Part shown: positions 10,318 through 24,490 of the stretch, in pieces
Layout: each line of letters opens with the position of its first letter
Numbering within the stretch: position 1 is the first letter of the stretch
DNA from: Squalus acanthias
Taxonomy: Eukaryota
Direction: 5' to 3'
Assembly: GCA_030390025.1 (NCBI GenBank)
Contig: CM059446.1
Span: forward strand, 51,336,001-51,400,000
Length of the DNA: 64,000 nt
Program-made: the position numbers and the translations under genes
The notes under the pieces: model-generated
Told to the model about the DNA's origin: nothing
The model's input: only the letters and a program-made list of their open reading frames with translations
Databases searched by the model: none

Positions 10318-11657
10318 GCAGGGAGCCTGGCTGGGAATATCACAGGGATGAAGAGCTTGAATGGGAATATCACAGGGATGGGAGCCTGGGTGGGAATATC
10401 ACAGGGATGAAGAGCTTGGCTGGGAATATCACAGGGATGGGAGCCTGGGTGGGAATATCACAGGGATGAAGAGCTTGAATGGGAATATCACAGGGATGGG
10501 AGCCTGGCTGGGAATATCACAGGGATGAAGAGCTTGAATGGGAATATCACAGGGATGGGAGCTTGGCTGCGACTATCACAGGGATGGGGAGCTTGGCTGG
10601 GAATATCACAGGGATGGGAGCTTGGCTGGGAATATCACAGTGATGAAGAGCTTGAATGGGAATATCACAGGGATGGGAGCTTGGCTGGGAATATCACAGT
10701 GATGGAGATCTTGGCTGGGAATATCACAGGGACAGGGAGCTTGGCTGGGAATATCACAGGGACAGGGAGCTTGGCTGGGAATATCACAGGGATGGGAGCT
10801 TGGCTGCGACTATCACAGGGATGGGGAGCTTGGATGGGAATATCACAGGGATGGGGAGCTTGGCTGGGAATATCACAGTGATGGAGATCTTGGCTGGGAA
10901 TATCACAGGGACAGGGAGCTTGGCTGGGAATATCACAGGGACAGGGAGCTTGGCTGGGAATATCACAGGGACAGGGAGCTTGGCTGGGAATATCACAGGG
11001 ATGGGAGCTTGGCTGCGACTATCACAGGGATGGGGAGCTTGGATGGGAATATCACATGGATGGGGAACTTGGCTGGGAATATCACATGGATGGGGACCTT
11101 GGCTGGGAATATCACAGGGATGGGGAGCTTGGCTGGGAATAACACATGGATGGGGACCTTGGCTGGGAATAACACATGGATGGGGACCTTGGCTGGGAAT
11201 ATCACAGGGATGGGGAGCTTGGCTGGGAATAACACATGGATGGGGACCTTGGCTGGAATATCACAGGGATGGGGAGCTTGGCTGGGAATATCACAGTGAT
11301 GGGGATCTTGGATGGGAATATCACAGGGATGGGGAGCTTGGCTGGGAATAACACATGGATGGGGACCTTGGCTGGGAATATCACAGGGATGGGGAGCTTG
11401 GCTGGGAATAACACATGGATGGGGACCTTGGCTGGGAATATCACAGGGATGGGGAGCTTGGCTGGGAATATCACAGTGATGGAGATCTTGGATGGGAATA
11501 TCACAGGGATGGGGAGCTTGGCTGGGAATATAACAGTGATGGAGATCTTGGCTGGGAATATCACAGTGATGGGGCGCTTGGCTGGGAATATCATAGCGAT
11601 GGGGCGCTTGGTTGGGAATATCACATGGATGGGGAGCTTGGCTGGGAATATCACAGG
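10318..11657. repeat. G-rich minisatellite, 29-30 bp unit, ~45 copies
   Basis: Consensus GGGAATATCACAGGGATGGGGAGCTTGGCT with blocks of variant units. Confidence 0.97.
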
Positions 11658-13484
11658 AACGCACAACAGAGACCAGAATTCCTATCAAATAAATTTTAAG
11701 AGGAAACCATTTGAAATCTTTTCAGTGGAACACGTTTAACCATTTCAAAGTAAAGCATATTAATTACTGAAATGAAATTTTACAATGACGGTCGATGTAA
11801 CACTACCGTTTGATATGCCGACCAAAGAATATGAACACGATATAAGCTTAGATTTTTTTGGGAAGAGTATTTTAGTTCTGCATCTGGATCATATTTAATT
11901 CCACCAGCACTTTACTGTATCTGATAGCAATTGTATTGTTAAAAAGGGATAGGCTTCATATTTCTGCATAATTCAACCAGAACTAGATACACTTGCTCTC
12001 AATTCCAGTGTAACCCCGGTCAACAGTTACGTTCCATCTCAGTGTTACAACACTGATCTTTCCATTGTAAGACTTTTTTTCTATTTAGTAACAGTTTCTG
12101 ATCTCAAACACATTGACAGCTCGAAAGGAATGTCAAATATAACGAAATATGAGTGAGGAAAAGGGTAAACTCGAAATCCTTGTGATGGGGTAAATGAAAT
12201 CTCTCGCCTGTTCTTCCAGAATTTATAATACTGCTAAAACTTTAAACGTAAATTAAACATAATAATTAGTTTCACATCTCAAATTAAAACATCACCTGAA
12301 TACATTTTTGGTGAACCTGTGGAAGAAATGCATAAATAACCGAAGAAGGTATTTTATGCGCCGCACAGTTTTATTCTCAACAATCAAAGATTGTTTAAAT
12401 TAAGTCGATACAAGACCCAATTACTGTTCGATTAATTACCAGGAATGGACATTTTCTGGATGGGAATCCCCCTGAGTTTGTTCCATGTAAAAAGAAACTT
12501 TTCGAACCGTTTAATTTTCCGAAATATTAAGACATTGAACAATAACAAATTAAATTCTACAAATCAAATATCACAATGGACATTCTGAACCTGACGTAAA
12601 AACAAAACTAGTTTGTAAATGATTCATTTTGGAGCCTAAAAATAAACTAGCACATAATATTAACTAGCACATAATATCAAGGATAATAAATAAACAAACC
12701 GCAAAGCAAAATCTGTAGTAAGTAATTATTTAATAATTAATTTCTCAGAGATGCATTTAGATTCAGAGCAATATCTGCATGCTCTCTCAGAGCCGTTTTA
12801 ACTCTTTAAAAACACCAATTTCACATTTAATCCCTCATCAAACTATTTACTGACGCAGTATCCCATTGATGCGCAATCGAATGTATTAATTCCGAAAGAA
12901 ACGCGTATTTGGATCAATATTCTATGTTGAAATTAGCGATTGGCATTGTTAAGGGACCAGACATGAGTGAATCGATACAAACATTAAATGGCTTTCAATA
13001 ATTCGATTCAATTTAACAGGAAACGTTGCGGCCAGCTATTGTGTTCGAGTCGATCCAACTATTTCAACAAAATGATTGGAACTTTTCAAAAAAGAACTTG
13101 AAAAGTTACTGCGCTGAATATCCGTTCAATTGACCTGAAGATATTTCTCATCTCAGGAGTATTAGTAAATTCAGAAATATTAAAAACAGGTCGAACTCAG
13201 AGAGGAACCCAAATCTCTGGCGGTTATTGTGCGAGGAATTGAGTATTTTGATGTATAGAGTTGATCCGGGCTGATTCACTTCCCTTTGGACTTTAAAGGG
13301 AACTTGTGCTTCTATCGCTAACTCAAGAGTAAACCTGGGCTCAAAACAGCTCGGCTTCAGTAAAATGGATTCATGTATTAAAAAATCATATCTGCGATTT
13401 TTGCAAAACAGAACTTAAAAAACAAGAGGACTTTAATCTGAATGAAGGCAAGAAACTATTAAAGAAAAGATGCAAATGTCTGTC

Positions 13485-13627
13485 ATTATATATATGTGTG
13501 TGTGTTAGGTGTGTGTGTGTATATATGTGTGTCTGTATGTATACAGTATATATATATGATTATATATGTGTGTGTGCAGTATGTATTAGATATAGATATG
13601 TGTGTGTGTATGTGTGTGAGAGAGAGA
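13485..13627. repeat. Compound (TA)n/(TG)n/(GA)n microsatellite
   Basis: Directly visible dinucleotide runs. Confidence 0.85.
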
Positions 13628-16600
13628 TTACTGGATTTTTGTGACGGCTAGATTCTCATTAAAATACAGCAAATAAATTTCGTGTCCCTCCAAATTTCAA
13701 AGCGTCACTATTCAATTAATAGATAAATTAATTAGCGTTGTGACTCTATACTTTAAATCATAGATCAGATGTATGTATCTATGTATCTACACGCACACAC
13801 AACTATGCAATAAATCCTTATAACATTAGCACAACGCACTCATTTATAGAACACAAATTAACTGGAGCAAGCATCTCTCCTTGTGCCATAGATTTTACTA
13901 ATTCTAAATTTGTTTATAAATCTCCAGTCTTCTATCTGAGCAGAAAGGGTAAATTTCTAAAACAGGAACCTTCTGTATTATTGATCATTTTGTCAAACTG
14001 ATGCAGGAATCACTGGCTTTATTTCAAACCACTCCTCTGCAAACACACACACTTCTGCCCCAAACTAACCGAGGCTTTAAACAGATTTTTATATACATGT
14101 CTAAAAATACATTCGTCTCCCCCGTATCACTTGTTCCGTCAGAGTATGAATCACCACCTGTAATGCCACACAGTCATATTATATAACAGCCCCTGTGAGG
14201 CGGAACAGAGTTCATTTTTAATTTGGTTTCAGGTGTATACAGTGTGTTTCTCGGGCTAAATGTGTTCCACAGTCATTTCCTATCGCTTGAATTATCTCGC
14301 AGAACCATCAAGTGATTTACGATTTATATTTTAACATCGTTTTTTGGAGCCAAACATATCAACTATTTTTAAATATATATAAAAAAGAAAATAACAATGA
14401 TATTTAAACCAGCTCGGATCGTTTTAGTCGTATTGTACGGCAATATTTAAATTCACCGGTCTAGTGACAGGTCTAATTAAAAACACAAAGGCAGATCCAA
14501 ATAGGACCAACTGTTTGCATTTGATTTTAAACAACATATATTTGCATCCCTTGCATGGCTTACGATGACAGATCATCTCCAGTCACCTTGTATAACCACC
14601 CTCCACACGCCATGCTCCAGTTTTACAATTTTTAAATATAGTTTCAGCTCAAATAAGACAACAGTGCATTTTAGTATAAGGGAACTATTGGTCTTAATTT
14701 TGTTGCAGATTTCTGGTGTCCAACCATCTTGGATTCGCGAATATTTCCCAATTATTTCAGTGGCAGAGGTTTCACTACAAAGGGGAACTAATGTGATTAT
14801 TCATTGTGACCAATCCCCATTTTATGTAATGTGTATCGTTAATATAATGCCCCATAATGTAGTTTAGGTTCGAAATGTTCCACAATTAGATGTAACTTTT
14901 GTTTTTTTTAAATAGACTCCCTATATTTGTGGTTTGGTCTGAATAGCCGAGTTGAATCGATCTGTTAGAGTGACTTTTCTCTCCACTAGGGGTCGCTCGT
15001 CTCCATCATTTTGGGCCTCAACCCCAAAACCCATCACAGTTCCTGTTAACTCTGATCTAGAAACTGGCAAATTCTGTCTCCATTTTATATTAATGCATCT
15101 CCCCCACCCCGCCCCCCGCCACCCCACTCACCATCACATGTTAACTGAAATTTTAACATACAATAGAATAAACAAAACCAGCGCAAGGGAATGGTTCGTA
15201 AACCTCTGTGTTTTTCCAGATTTGGATTTTTTTTGCCAATTAATTGCAAAATTAGAAAGAATCCTGCGAATTTACTGTGCTGCATTTGTCGAACACTGTA
15301 AAACACATTTATAAAAAAAAGGCCAAGGAGAAATACGAATCCTCAAAACTGTGTGCTGTATTAAAAAGTTTGTCACATATATTGAAATATCTATAAGATG
15401 ACAGCTGGGGGAAAGCCTATATTCTAACGAAGAGAAGTTTAAAAAATTTAAATCAAATGTAATTTATTAAAAGAGATTTATAAATATATTTATCAACTCT
15501 ATCACTCCCCTCGACCAGCTGTTCTCATATTTGATTTAGATGGTTTAGTGAGGTTTTCGTAAATTGCTGCAAGTTTTACTGCCACTGATTTAAACAATTT
15601 AGTATTTTACTGCAATAACACCACACATTAAAATATAAAATAATCCAACTGATTTATTCAATGGAAGCCAAAAATATTTCTCCCAAAATAATATGGTTAT
15701 AATTGAGCGTATTTCCTGTTTTTCGTCGATGAGAACTTTCGTTTTCTTATTTATTTCTTCACCATAAAATGACCTTTTCACCTGGAGTCAGAAGAGTTGA
15801 ATATTCTTTCTCTCGCCTTGTATCTTTGACAGTATTTGTTGTGAACGAAACCGACAAGCATCTGCTATTCGTGTTTATTTACACCAGATACTTTTGACAC
15901 AAGCATTTTCCCTTATTCGGGAATTAGAATTTGATGCATAGTTTGACACTTTATAATTTAAAAAAAACAATTAGGCCATATTTCCACAAACCTTCGGAAG
16001 AAGGGAAATAATTCATAAATAAATAGTTTTTGTTATAAAAATTACAATTTCCCCAAACAAGTAAAACGTTGAAACCGTTTACTATTTTGGAGAAAGAAAG
16101 ACATCCTGTAAAGACTCAAATGTCAAAGTGTGGATCGTGAGGATAATATCTCGTGGAATAAGGTGAAGAGCCCGCAACAGAAACTGGGGATAAAGCACTC
16201 CATCATTTTAACTTAACAAGTTTGTAATTAAGAGCCACAACAATGGTAATAGAGACTGTTTATAGGACCTTAAATAACACAATGTAAACAAAACGAGTGG
16301 ATTCCCATTCATCTTTAAACATTCCACACTAGTAGAGGCACAAAACAGAGGCCGAGGTCAAGGACCTTATTATAACAACTTAACCGCTGCCCCTTCCACA
16401 GCGAATTGGGGTCGCCCTTTGGCAGAAGGGCTCGGAGGAAGTGGTTTATCTGTGTGTGTGTGTGTGTGTGCGCGTGCGGGAGGGGGGCGAGGGGTAGGAG
16501 ACTTTCAGTGCAAAAATAAAACAAAAAAATATAACATGAGTTCGCTGTCAAATTGTGATGTGCAAAAATCATTTGGCAAAAAAGGCAAAGACGGTTTCTG

Positions 16601-18689
16601 TGTAAATCTCTCGCAACAAAAAACTATTCTCAGCGCAAGCGGTCATTTGGAAATATTTCTGCTTCTGAAATCCCTCCTAAAAGCAAATAAGTACTGGAAC
16701 AGCATTTCGGAGTCGCCGTCTTAATCATAGATTAATTTGAGAGCTGCCCCTACAAACATATTTAAATGTGAAGATTTCATCCTAGGCCCTTGTTGAAGCT
16801 TGGAGGTGAGTTTAGTGTACATGTTCACTCTAAAATATAAATTATATATTAAACAGAACCGATAGGATATAAGGAGGAACGGGAATTGCACCTAGATTTT
16901 AACGTGGCCGCTTTATTTCAGCGGGATCCTCATTACAGTAAAGTAAATCTCGCAGACACGTGTGGACTTCGAACATAAATCTAATACAACTGAACTAACT
17001 TGATAAATATGTGTTCAAAAATACGATTCCGATTTTGCATTGCATAACCTGCCCCTTTACAAAAGAGTCACAGAACAGAACATATTTTTAAATAGTAAAA
17101 ATAAAGTCTTATTATTAACTCAAACTCCTGTTGGAAATCCAATTACTTTTAATAAACACTGGTTAAAAATAACATTAAACGCCTTATGGAGATTATTTTC
17201 AATAAAATGAAATTTAATTAACATATGGATTACAAACATCTCCTAATTCTCGATTATAAATCGATGGATATATATATATATATAATGTTAAAATTCTTAA
17301 ATGTTTCAAATCTCAAGTATCCAGGGTTCTGGACATCAGATCAGATCTGTCTAAAGTGTCTGTACTCTGCTCGGAATATGCGTTCAACGCCGTTCAGTGC
17401 ACGGTGACTGTAAACCTCTCGCCGCTCACCCAACTTGTAATCTTAAACTCCACAATCGCCGAAAATCACAACACACTGGGGGAGAGGGGGGCCGATAAGG
17501 AATCCCACCTTGCTGAAAATATTCGAATCGGAAGGATTAGCAGTGCGGACAACCTGACAGAGAACGCAGCAATCCACTTACATGCAACACATGTTCGGAC
17601 AGAAAGGAGAATTGTTTAACGGCTTAAATCCCAGTGTCCAGCTTCCGAGATGTTAAATATTCAGTAGCATTGCACCTTGGTTTTTTTTGTGTTGATTCTG
17701 TCTGACTTGCTGGAAATGTGACATTAATTTACCTTTGTCCGCTCTCTGAGGTGGGAAGATTATAATATGCTGAATTCCTTTTTTGGAGGGATTGTACTTT
17801 TATTATGAAGAGCTTCTCTTAAATGTTACGAGGTTCCTTGTATTTGGAACTTGTTTGGCTCTCGGACACGCACCTCACCCCCCACCCCCAACACACACAC
17901 ACACAGAGCCAAGACTAGTCTTTGCAAAGTGTTAAATGTGAAGTTTGCTTTCTGACAGATAACCTTCAGATCTGGAAGCGATCTGACCAAGGATGTGACA
18001 ATCACAAGGAGCGACAATAACACAAGTGCACACACAGAACAAGACTGGACTCATTCGCCAGGTTTGTCTGTCAATGCAGCCATTAGTCCAGTATCTAGCG
18101 ATCTGTCTAATCTCTAAAAATATGAATATTCCTTATTGCAAACAAGAAACGCTTGGAATATTCGCGCGTGAAGCGTATGCAGATAGCTTTCTGGTGCTCC
18201 AAAGTATCTGTGAGGTTAAATTGAAGCCTTGATGTCTGAACTCGGGGGGAGAGGTGTTCCCTTGAAGCGTACTTTTCGTGGGAAGCATTGGGAAGCAGTA
18301 CGGATTTGAAGAAATGTTTTCAGACTGAATGTTATTTTTTGTGCGTATGTTAAATGCATTTATTAATGACAATAATATGCAGTCCAGATGGAGCACCGCG
18401 ACACGAGGCAGACCCACCGTGTTCTTGCGAGTAGGAATTAAGACCAGGTCCATTTGCAAAGTGATGCATATTTCGACTTTGTAGAAAAAATAAAAGTGAG
18501 AAAATTCTAGTTCTTTTTTCAATGAGAATCCTTTGCTCTATAACGTTTCGCAGCGTACGTACGTTTCACGTTGACTCTACGTCCCATTTGAAGTGTTGGG
18601 CTCCCCGGTAAATGTTTAAATCATTACAATTCAATTGCATTTTAAAATATATATATATATTTTTCTTTTTAGTTGTTGTTGCAATCGGT

Positions 18690-18870
18690 GCACGAGATCC
18701 TTCGGAATAATTGCGCAGAATTAAGGGGGGAATCAAGGGGTTGGTGCACTTTGCAGGTGACGTATGGGCGACGTGAGCAGGCTTTGCCCTGGTGACATAT
18801 CCAGAAATGCCTGTGTGACATCTCCTGTTCTTCCTCATCGCTCTTCATTCTCTCGCCAGCCCTGTTTCCG
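18690..18870 (+). promoter_or_regulatory. Candidate distal promoter P1 of the miR-9 host transcript
   Basis: CpG-rich; CACGAG N-box at 18691; E-box/half-CRE CAGGTGACGT at 18754-18763; TGACA repeats; followed by a (GA)n leader and donor AAG|GTAACA at 19037. Confidence 0.45.
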
Positions 18871-21076
18871 AACAGGAGCCCGTGGAGAGACCGAGAGAGA
18901 GAGAGAGAGAGAGGGGAGAAAAAAGGCTCCCTCAGAACTAGCACACCTCCCCCCCGCCTGGAGAAGGAGACTGTGAGTGCAAGCAACTCGTACACATCGC
19001 TGGCTGGGATTGCAATCTAGGAGGCGGCAGCCCAAGGTAACAGAGTCCAGTCTTACTCTCCAAGAACCTTTTGATTGAACACCCCCCGCCCCCCCCCCCA
19101 AAAAAATACTTTGTTAATTGGGGAGGGGAATGGAAGGATTAAAATGCTCAGATCTTGGACTGCGCGCCGCACTCTCACTGCAATTTGTGATTACAATCCG
19201 TAGAACTAAGATTTTTTTTTAAAAAAACCTTTTTAATTTTTTGCTGTAATTACTAAACTTCTTGGGAACTGAAGAAGCAGCGCTCCTGGTGTATGCGAAT
19301 CCAATTTAATCGCGATTATTGCAATATTGTGGAATTATATAAATATCTCCCCCCCCCCCCCCCCGACCCCCCTCCACACTCCCAGACTGGCTGGCACATA
19401 AATCATTTTGTTCGGCGGAGTGTGCAGAACGCATTGATGTCGAGTTTATTGAAAAGCTGCTAAAAATGAAGTCTTTGGTTTAGAGGGCGGACAATGGATG
19501 CCCCGATGTGACAGGAACAAAGAATTTGGATGTTGTTGAGTTTCAGGACACGTTCGCTCTCTTCGGTGGCGAGGGGAAGGGGAAAAATGCGATTGAGCAC
19601 CGTGTCTCCTCCCCCAAGCTGGTCTGTGAGAAAATGTTGGGGGCTAAAGTTGGCTTGGCGTGGTTATTTGAGGGGCAATGGAGCAAATGTAATTCAATAG
19701 GAAACGCGGGATTGGTGACAAGGGAACTGCACAAGTTGGAGACTGTGAAATTAATTAGGGAAAACCAACTCTCAGAAAACTTATTGTCTTAGGAATTGTT
19801 TGGAACTAAAATGTAAAAAAAAACCCGGGGCAAATCATTTGGTTGGACTGAGAATGAATACAAATACTTTAGGATTGAGGTATGGAGGTTTTTAATTCTG
19901 ATTTATAACAGGTAAAGGGTGTATTATATTAGTGTTTTAAATATATTTTATGCCTGAGTTAGAGTACTCGCTGTCTGTATATTAATTATAAAGTAGATTT
20001 TTATTTATGTATTTTTTTAATGTGTGAATAACAAGTGAATTTATAATTTTTTGGAAAGGGAAAAGTGATTTAAATCAGTGGTGGTGTTTAGTAATTTAAG
20101 CTCCTGTCCGCGAGGAAAGATTGAGAGAGAAAGAAAGAGAGAGAGAGAGAGAGAGAGACTGAAGCTGAATGTGAAATGAGCAGAGACGGTGGGGTGGCGG
20201 GTGATAATGAACTTGAGCTGTCTGCTATCAGATTGATAGCCTCTCCCGCTGTCAAGTTCATGCGGCGGTCCCTTCCCCGCTGCTTCTGCCCGTTTGTGGA
20301 CCGCGGGATGCATCAACCTTCCGCCCTGGCAACATACCCCAGATGAGGGCGAGAGACTTTTGTCTTGCCATTCAGAACGAGCTGAACTCACCAGCTCAGT
20401 CCCAATACCCAGACCCCTCATTAGATTACAAAGTACAATTAAACACTAAAAACTTTACCTGACAGCCTGATCCCCCCCCCCCCCCCCTGCGGTTTATAGG
20501 TATTTTATATCTGATTGGGTTAAAGGATCTAGCAAGTAAGGGCGGAGGCATCTCACACCAACCAGGCAAGTTATAGCCAGTAAACACAATCAGCTCAAGC
20601 ATCGGACGATTGATTTTATATCGAAACAAATCATTTAGATACGAGCTGCAACATTTTGTTATAGAAAGAATGTGTCCTTAAATTGTGGATATATTTTCTG
20701 CATTGCAAAATGTTATGTACGGTAGAGAGAGAGGGAAAATGGGGATGGAGAAACAAGCAGGGAATCAATGTATCTTGATGCCATATATAAAATCGGATGC
20801 AGGTAGGTGAATCTCGACCGAGCGTTACATTCTGTGCGGAGTCTATCGGTGCCTGGATCGGTTGAGTGTTAGTTGAACTCAATGGGAGATGGATTCCGGG
20901 AGGCAGACAGAAGGAGCTGGGAGAAACGGTCTGATTTCACAGTGGCTTTATTGAAAGGTGTGCATTAAGGCGAAGAATTTGGAGGGAAGTCATTTGGTGT
21001 TGTGTTGGGATGCCAGACCCCCCCCCCCCCCCCACCCCCGGTGCTGGATGGTTGCAGTCTGGAGGTTAGTGCCGGG

Positions 21077-21088
21077 GCTGACGTCAGC
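21077..21088. promoter_or_regulatory. Full palindromic CRE (candidate promoter P2)
   Basis: GCTGACGTCAGC containing TGACGTCA at 21079-21086, ~105 bp upstream of donor CGG|GTAGGT (21193). Confidence 0.55.
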
Positions 21089-23849
21089 ACGGGGCTGCGC
21101 AGGAGGAAGCTAGTGCTGGAGATTGGAGAGATTTGGAGAGACGCAGCCCCAGCCTTCAGACGCAGAGAAAGAGACAGATTTCAGATCGGCGGGTAGGTAC
21201 AGGTCAAGAGCGACGAAGAAAAGCCCCCCCCCCCCCCCCCCAGCCCCACACTCCCCCTCCGACCCTTGTCATTTGAGATCTAGCCACCAATGTCCTTAAG
21301 GAACAATTTTCCTATATATTTTTTGAGCGTCCATTTGCTGGTGCATCGGTAGCTTTGCGCGGAAATCCACGCTGCCTCGCCGTGCTAAGCTGGCGCTCAA
21401 GCTGCTTCCATTACGCCGAGCCGCCGGTGCAAATCTCGATGTGCTTTGTACCCAAAGTTTGGGGGGTGGGGGCGAACCTGCGTCAAGAGGGGGAAGAGGC
21501 ATCGCAAAGAAAGGTCTGTTTAAAGTTGGAGCTGTGATTGGACATGTGTTAGTGCGATAGGCCGAGGAAGCGGCGTTAAACTTGGTGGATTTTTTGGTTA
21601 GCCCCTACTGTGGTCGTTATTTTTGGTAACTAGGCTGGTGATCAGGGTGACCCACGTTTTCATTGTTTCAATTCCCCCTTCCTCCCCCTCTAAAAAAACA
21701 GCTCTGGCCAACTGACCTGGGGGGCGGAGGAGGGAGGGAGGGAGGGAGGGGGATGAGGACAAGGCCACGGTCACCGGCGGCTCCCTATTCTTCTCCTCGC
21801 TGACGCCGCAGTTCACTGTCAAGTCTGTGCACAAGAAAGGACGGCAATCACCCCCCTCCCTCACCCATAAAAAATCTTACGGTAATTATAAGAAGCGGAC
21901 AAACCTAGGACAGACCGCATTGTTCCGACTTATCCAACTCGCCTCTTTGGAGCTGGTCCCACCTTAGGAGATTCTTAAAAGGGAATCCATGTAGACAAGG
22001 TTAGTTTATTCCTGGTTGGAATTTGCCTGGAGCCTCAGAAACGGATGTATAATTCTGTAAAAGTGTCTGTGTGTTGGGGGTGGGGGGTGGGGGGGAGTAA
22101 AAGTCGGTGTTTGGAAGCAATTAGAGTTGGAATACTGTATAATGTGTGCCTTATTTTTATATTGCCTGAGACACTACTTGGCTGGGTGTTAATTTCAGTT
22201 TGTTCGGTGTTCGGTGTTCATTTCAGTTTGTTATTTGTTAATTTCAGTTGAATTGTTCGGAGTGGTTTGACCCTTTATACGCGCAGTCACGATTTTGCAT
22301 TTCTTACACCAATATCCTTTTTCGTATTGTAACTGCTTCCAGCTATTACACCTTACACTGATACCAGGAACTTGCAGGATTCTTTTGCAAATATTTTTTG
22401 GAAAATAATGTGATTGGACACATAGCAAGACACACCAAAATAGTCATTGGAAGTTAATTGCAACAGGCCAATGGGCATTCAGAGGCTATACACTGCTTGC
22501 ATTTCAGCCAGAGGAAGGCCGAATTCAGATGAATACATGAACAAGATGGTTAGGAGTACATTGGCCCTGCTAATAAGAGGTATTAATAATGGGGGGGAAA
22601 AGTGCCACTTATTATCACAATCTTTACTGACCATTTTTGTACCATTTTTTGATAAGCCTTCTTTTGATTTAGTTGCTGCTAGATCTTTGGCAAGCACATA
22701 TTGCTTTAATTAAAAGAAGAATCACTGTGGGGAATTTAAATAGCGGAGGTTACTCGAGGTTTTACTAAAAATAACTTGTAATAATTATAAAGAATGTGCG
22801 TCAGACGTAATGCACGTACAATGGGGACCGTGCCTATTTCCCAACGTGATTAATTTTTTTTCCTGATGTGAACAGGAGACTGATTATCCGACGCTTGTTG
22901 TGTTTGTAAAACTGAATCACTGGCTTAGGCTCAATTATATAACACGTGTGTTTTGAAAATAGCAGGGTTTCATGCAAGCATTTTTTGGTGGGGGTGGGGG
23001 GGGGGGGGTGGTGGGTGGCGAATCCTAATGGTTTGCAAGAGTTGCTGCAAATAAATGAATATACAACACGAGGTGTGAGGGATTATTGTTTCAAACACCC
23101 GTATTAAATTGTGACAGAATCTCCTAAGTGCAGTGTCACTCTTTTAAACTATTTGTCCACCCACCGCCTTGACTATTACAGGAAATGTGTAACGTGCATG
23201 AAATCACTTGGGAGATATTGGCCATGTCTTGGTTAGCCGCACCAGAGAGCGCCTAATATTGCAATTTATATGTAACGGTAAAGAAATGTAGATTTCCAGT
23301 TAAGATGGACCGTTGTATCCGTGCTGAGGCTAAATGGAAATAGGTTCACACTCACGAGGACAGGGCAATTGCAGCACCCCGGCCAGTACCCGTTGGTTCA
23401 GACTGTGTGTGTGTGAGAGAGAGAGTCAGTGTCTGTATTTTTCTCTTCCTATGATTAAGAGTTTGGGTCATGTTCACAGTCAAAATCTGTTTCTATATTT
23501 GTAAATAATTAACGTCGTATATATTTTTAAAAAGATGAACTGGCCAGACCCACCCTGCGCTAATAGGTAGTTGGTATCAATCCTTAGAAGATGTCAATCG
23601 CCATGACATTTAACCCAGCAGAACGCTAATCCGTTTAACACCTGACGCTGTGAAATGTGACACTAGTATTTTTCATCAAATACTTCCTTTTTTTGAAAAA
23701 AAATTATCATTTTCTTTTAAACGTCGATAGCATGACGGCCCTCGGTTTTGTAAAGACTGCTTCAGCAGAGCAGTTGTGGGTCTGTTAGAATGCTTTGTGT
23801 AACATTTCACTGTTGCATATTATTCCAATAACAGAAGAGCATTCCTAAT

Positions 23850-24135
23850 ACTATAACCAGATATAAACCTATATACACGTATATACCTACAGACACCCCT
23901 ATATATACACCTACACACATCCCTATATATATACATCTACACACATGCCCTACAATAAACGTTCTCGCTGTCTCTTTGTCTCCATATGTACATACCATCT
24001 ATATAATACATACATATAAAATCACACATATACACCTACATACGCATACTTATATGCACACTTACATGCACCTATATATATTATATATTGCACACATACC
24101 TATATACACACCCCACACATATATGCACACTGTAC
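23850..24135. repeat. AC/TA-rich low-complexity tract
   Basis: Degenerate tatatacacac/cctata mosaic. Confidence 0.75.
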
Positions 24136-24384
24136 AATGTATCCAGATTTTCCTCAAACAAACACCCACTTTGCGTGGAACAATTTTACATCCTAAATAT
24201 TAACTTAAGTGTTCATAAAACGGATCAAGCAATATTTTCCTTCAAAACTGATTTCATTTATAAGGAAAGAAACTGCAATCTATTAACTTCATGCAATAAC
24301 TGATTTAAAAAAAATCCAGATGTAGAGTATCTAGTTCTGCGATATTCAGTTTAATTTATAAAAGCACTTACTACCTGTTTTAAA

Positions 24385-24490
24385 AGAAAGACTTGCATTT
24401 CTATAGCGCCTTTCACGACCTCAGGACGTCCCAAAGCGCTTTACAACCAATGAAGTCGTTTTGAAGTGTAGTCACTGTTGTAATGTAAGA
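24385..24490 (-). mobile_element. DeuSINE 3' tail (short 5'-truncated insertion)
   Basis: aaagacttgcatttctatagcgcctttcacgacctcaggacgtcccaaagcgctttaca...; CpGs retained. Confidence 0.85.

Noticed and set aside
10318-11657. CRISPR-like periodic array
   Set aside because: Units are directly adjacent with no unique spacers, the context is eukaryotic, and there are no cas genes. The same applies to 49689-50369.
10525-11739. Several 94-231 aa ORFs with 10-aa repeats (GSLAGNITGM, GELGWEYHRD, PAKLPIPVIF)
   Set aside because: They arise from a ~30-bp minisatellite that is open in many frames on both strands and shifted by 29-bp units; there is no unique coding flank.
17535-17555. RE1-like ATTAGCAGTGCGGACAACC
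   Set aside because: Several mismatches at key positions; the isolated left half at 57561 also has no partner.
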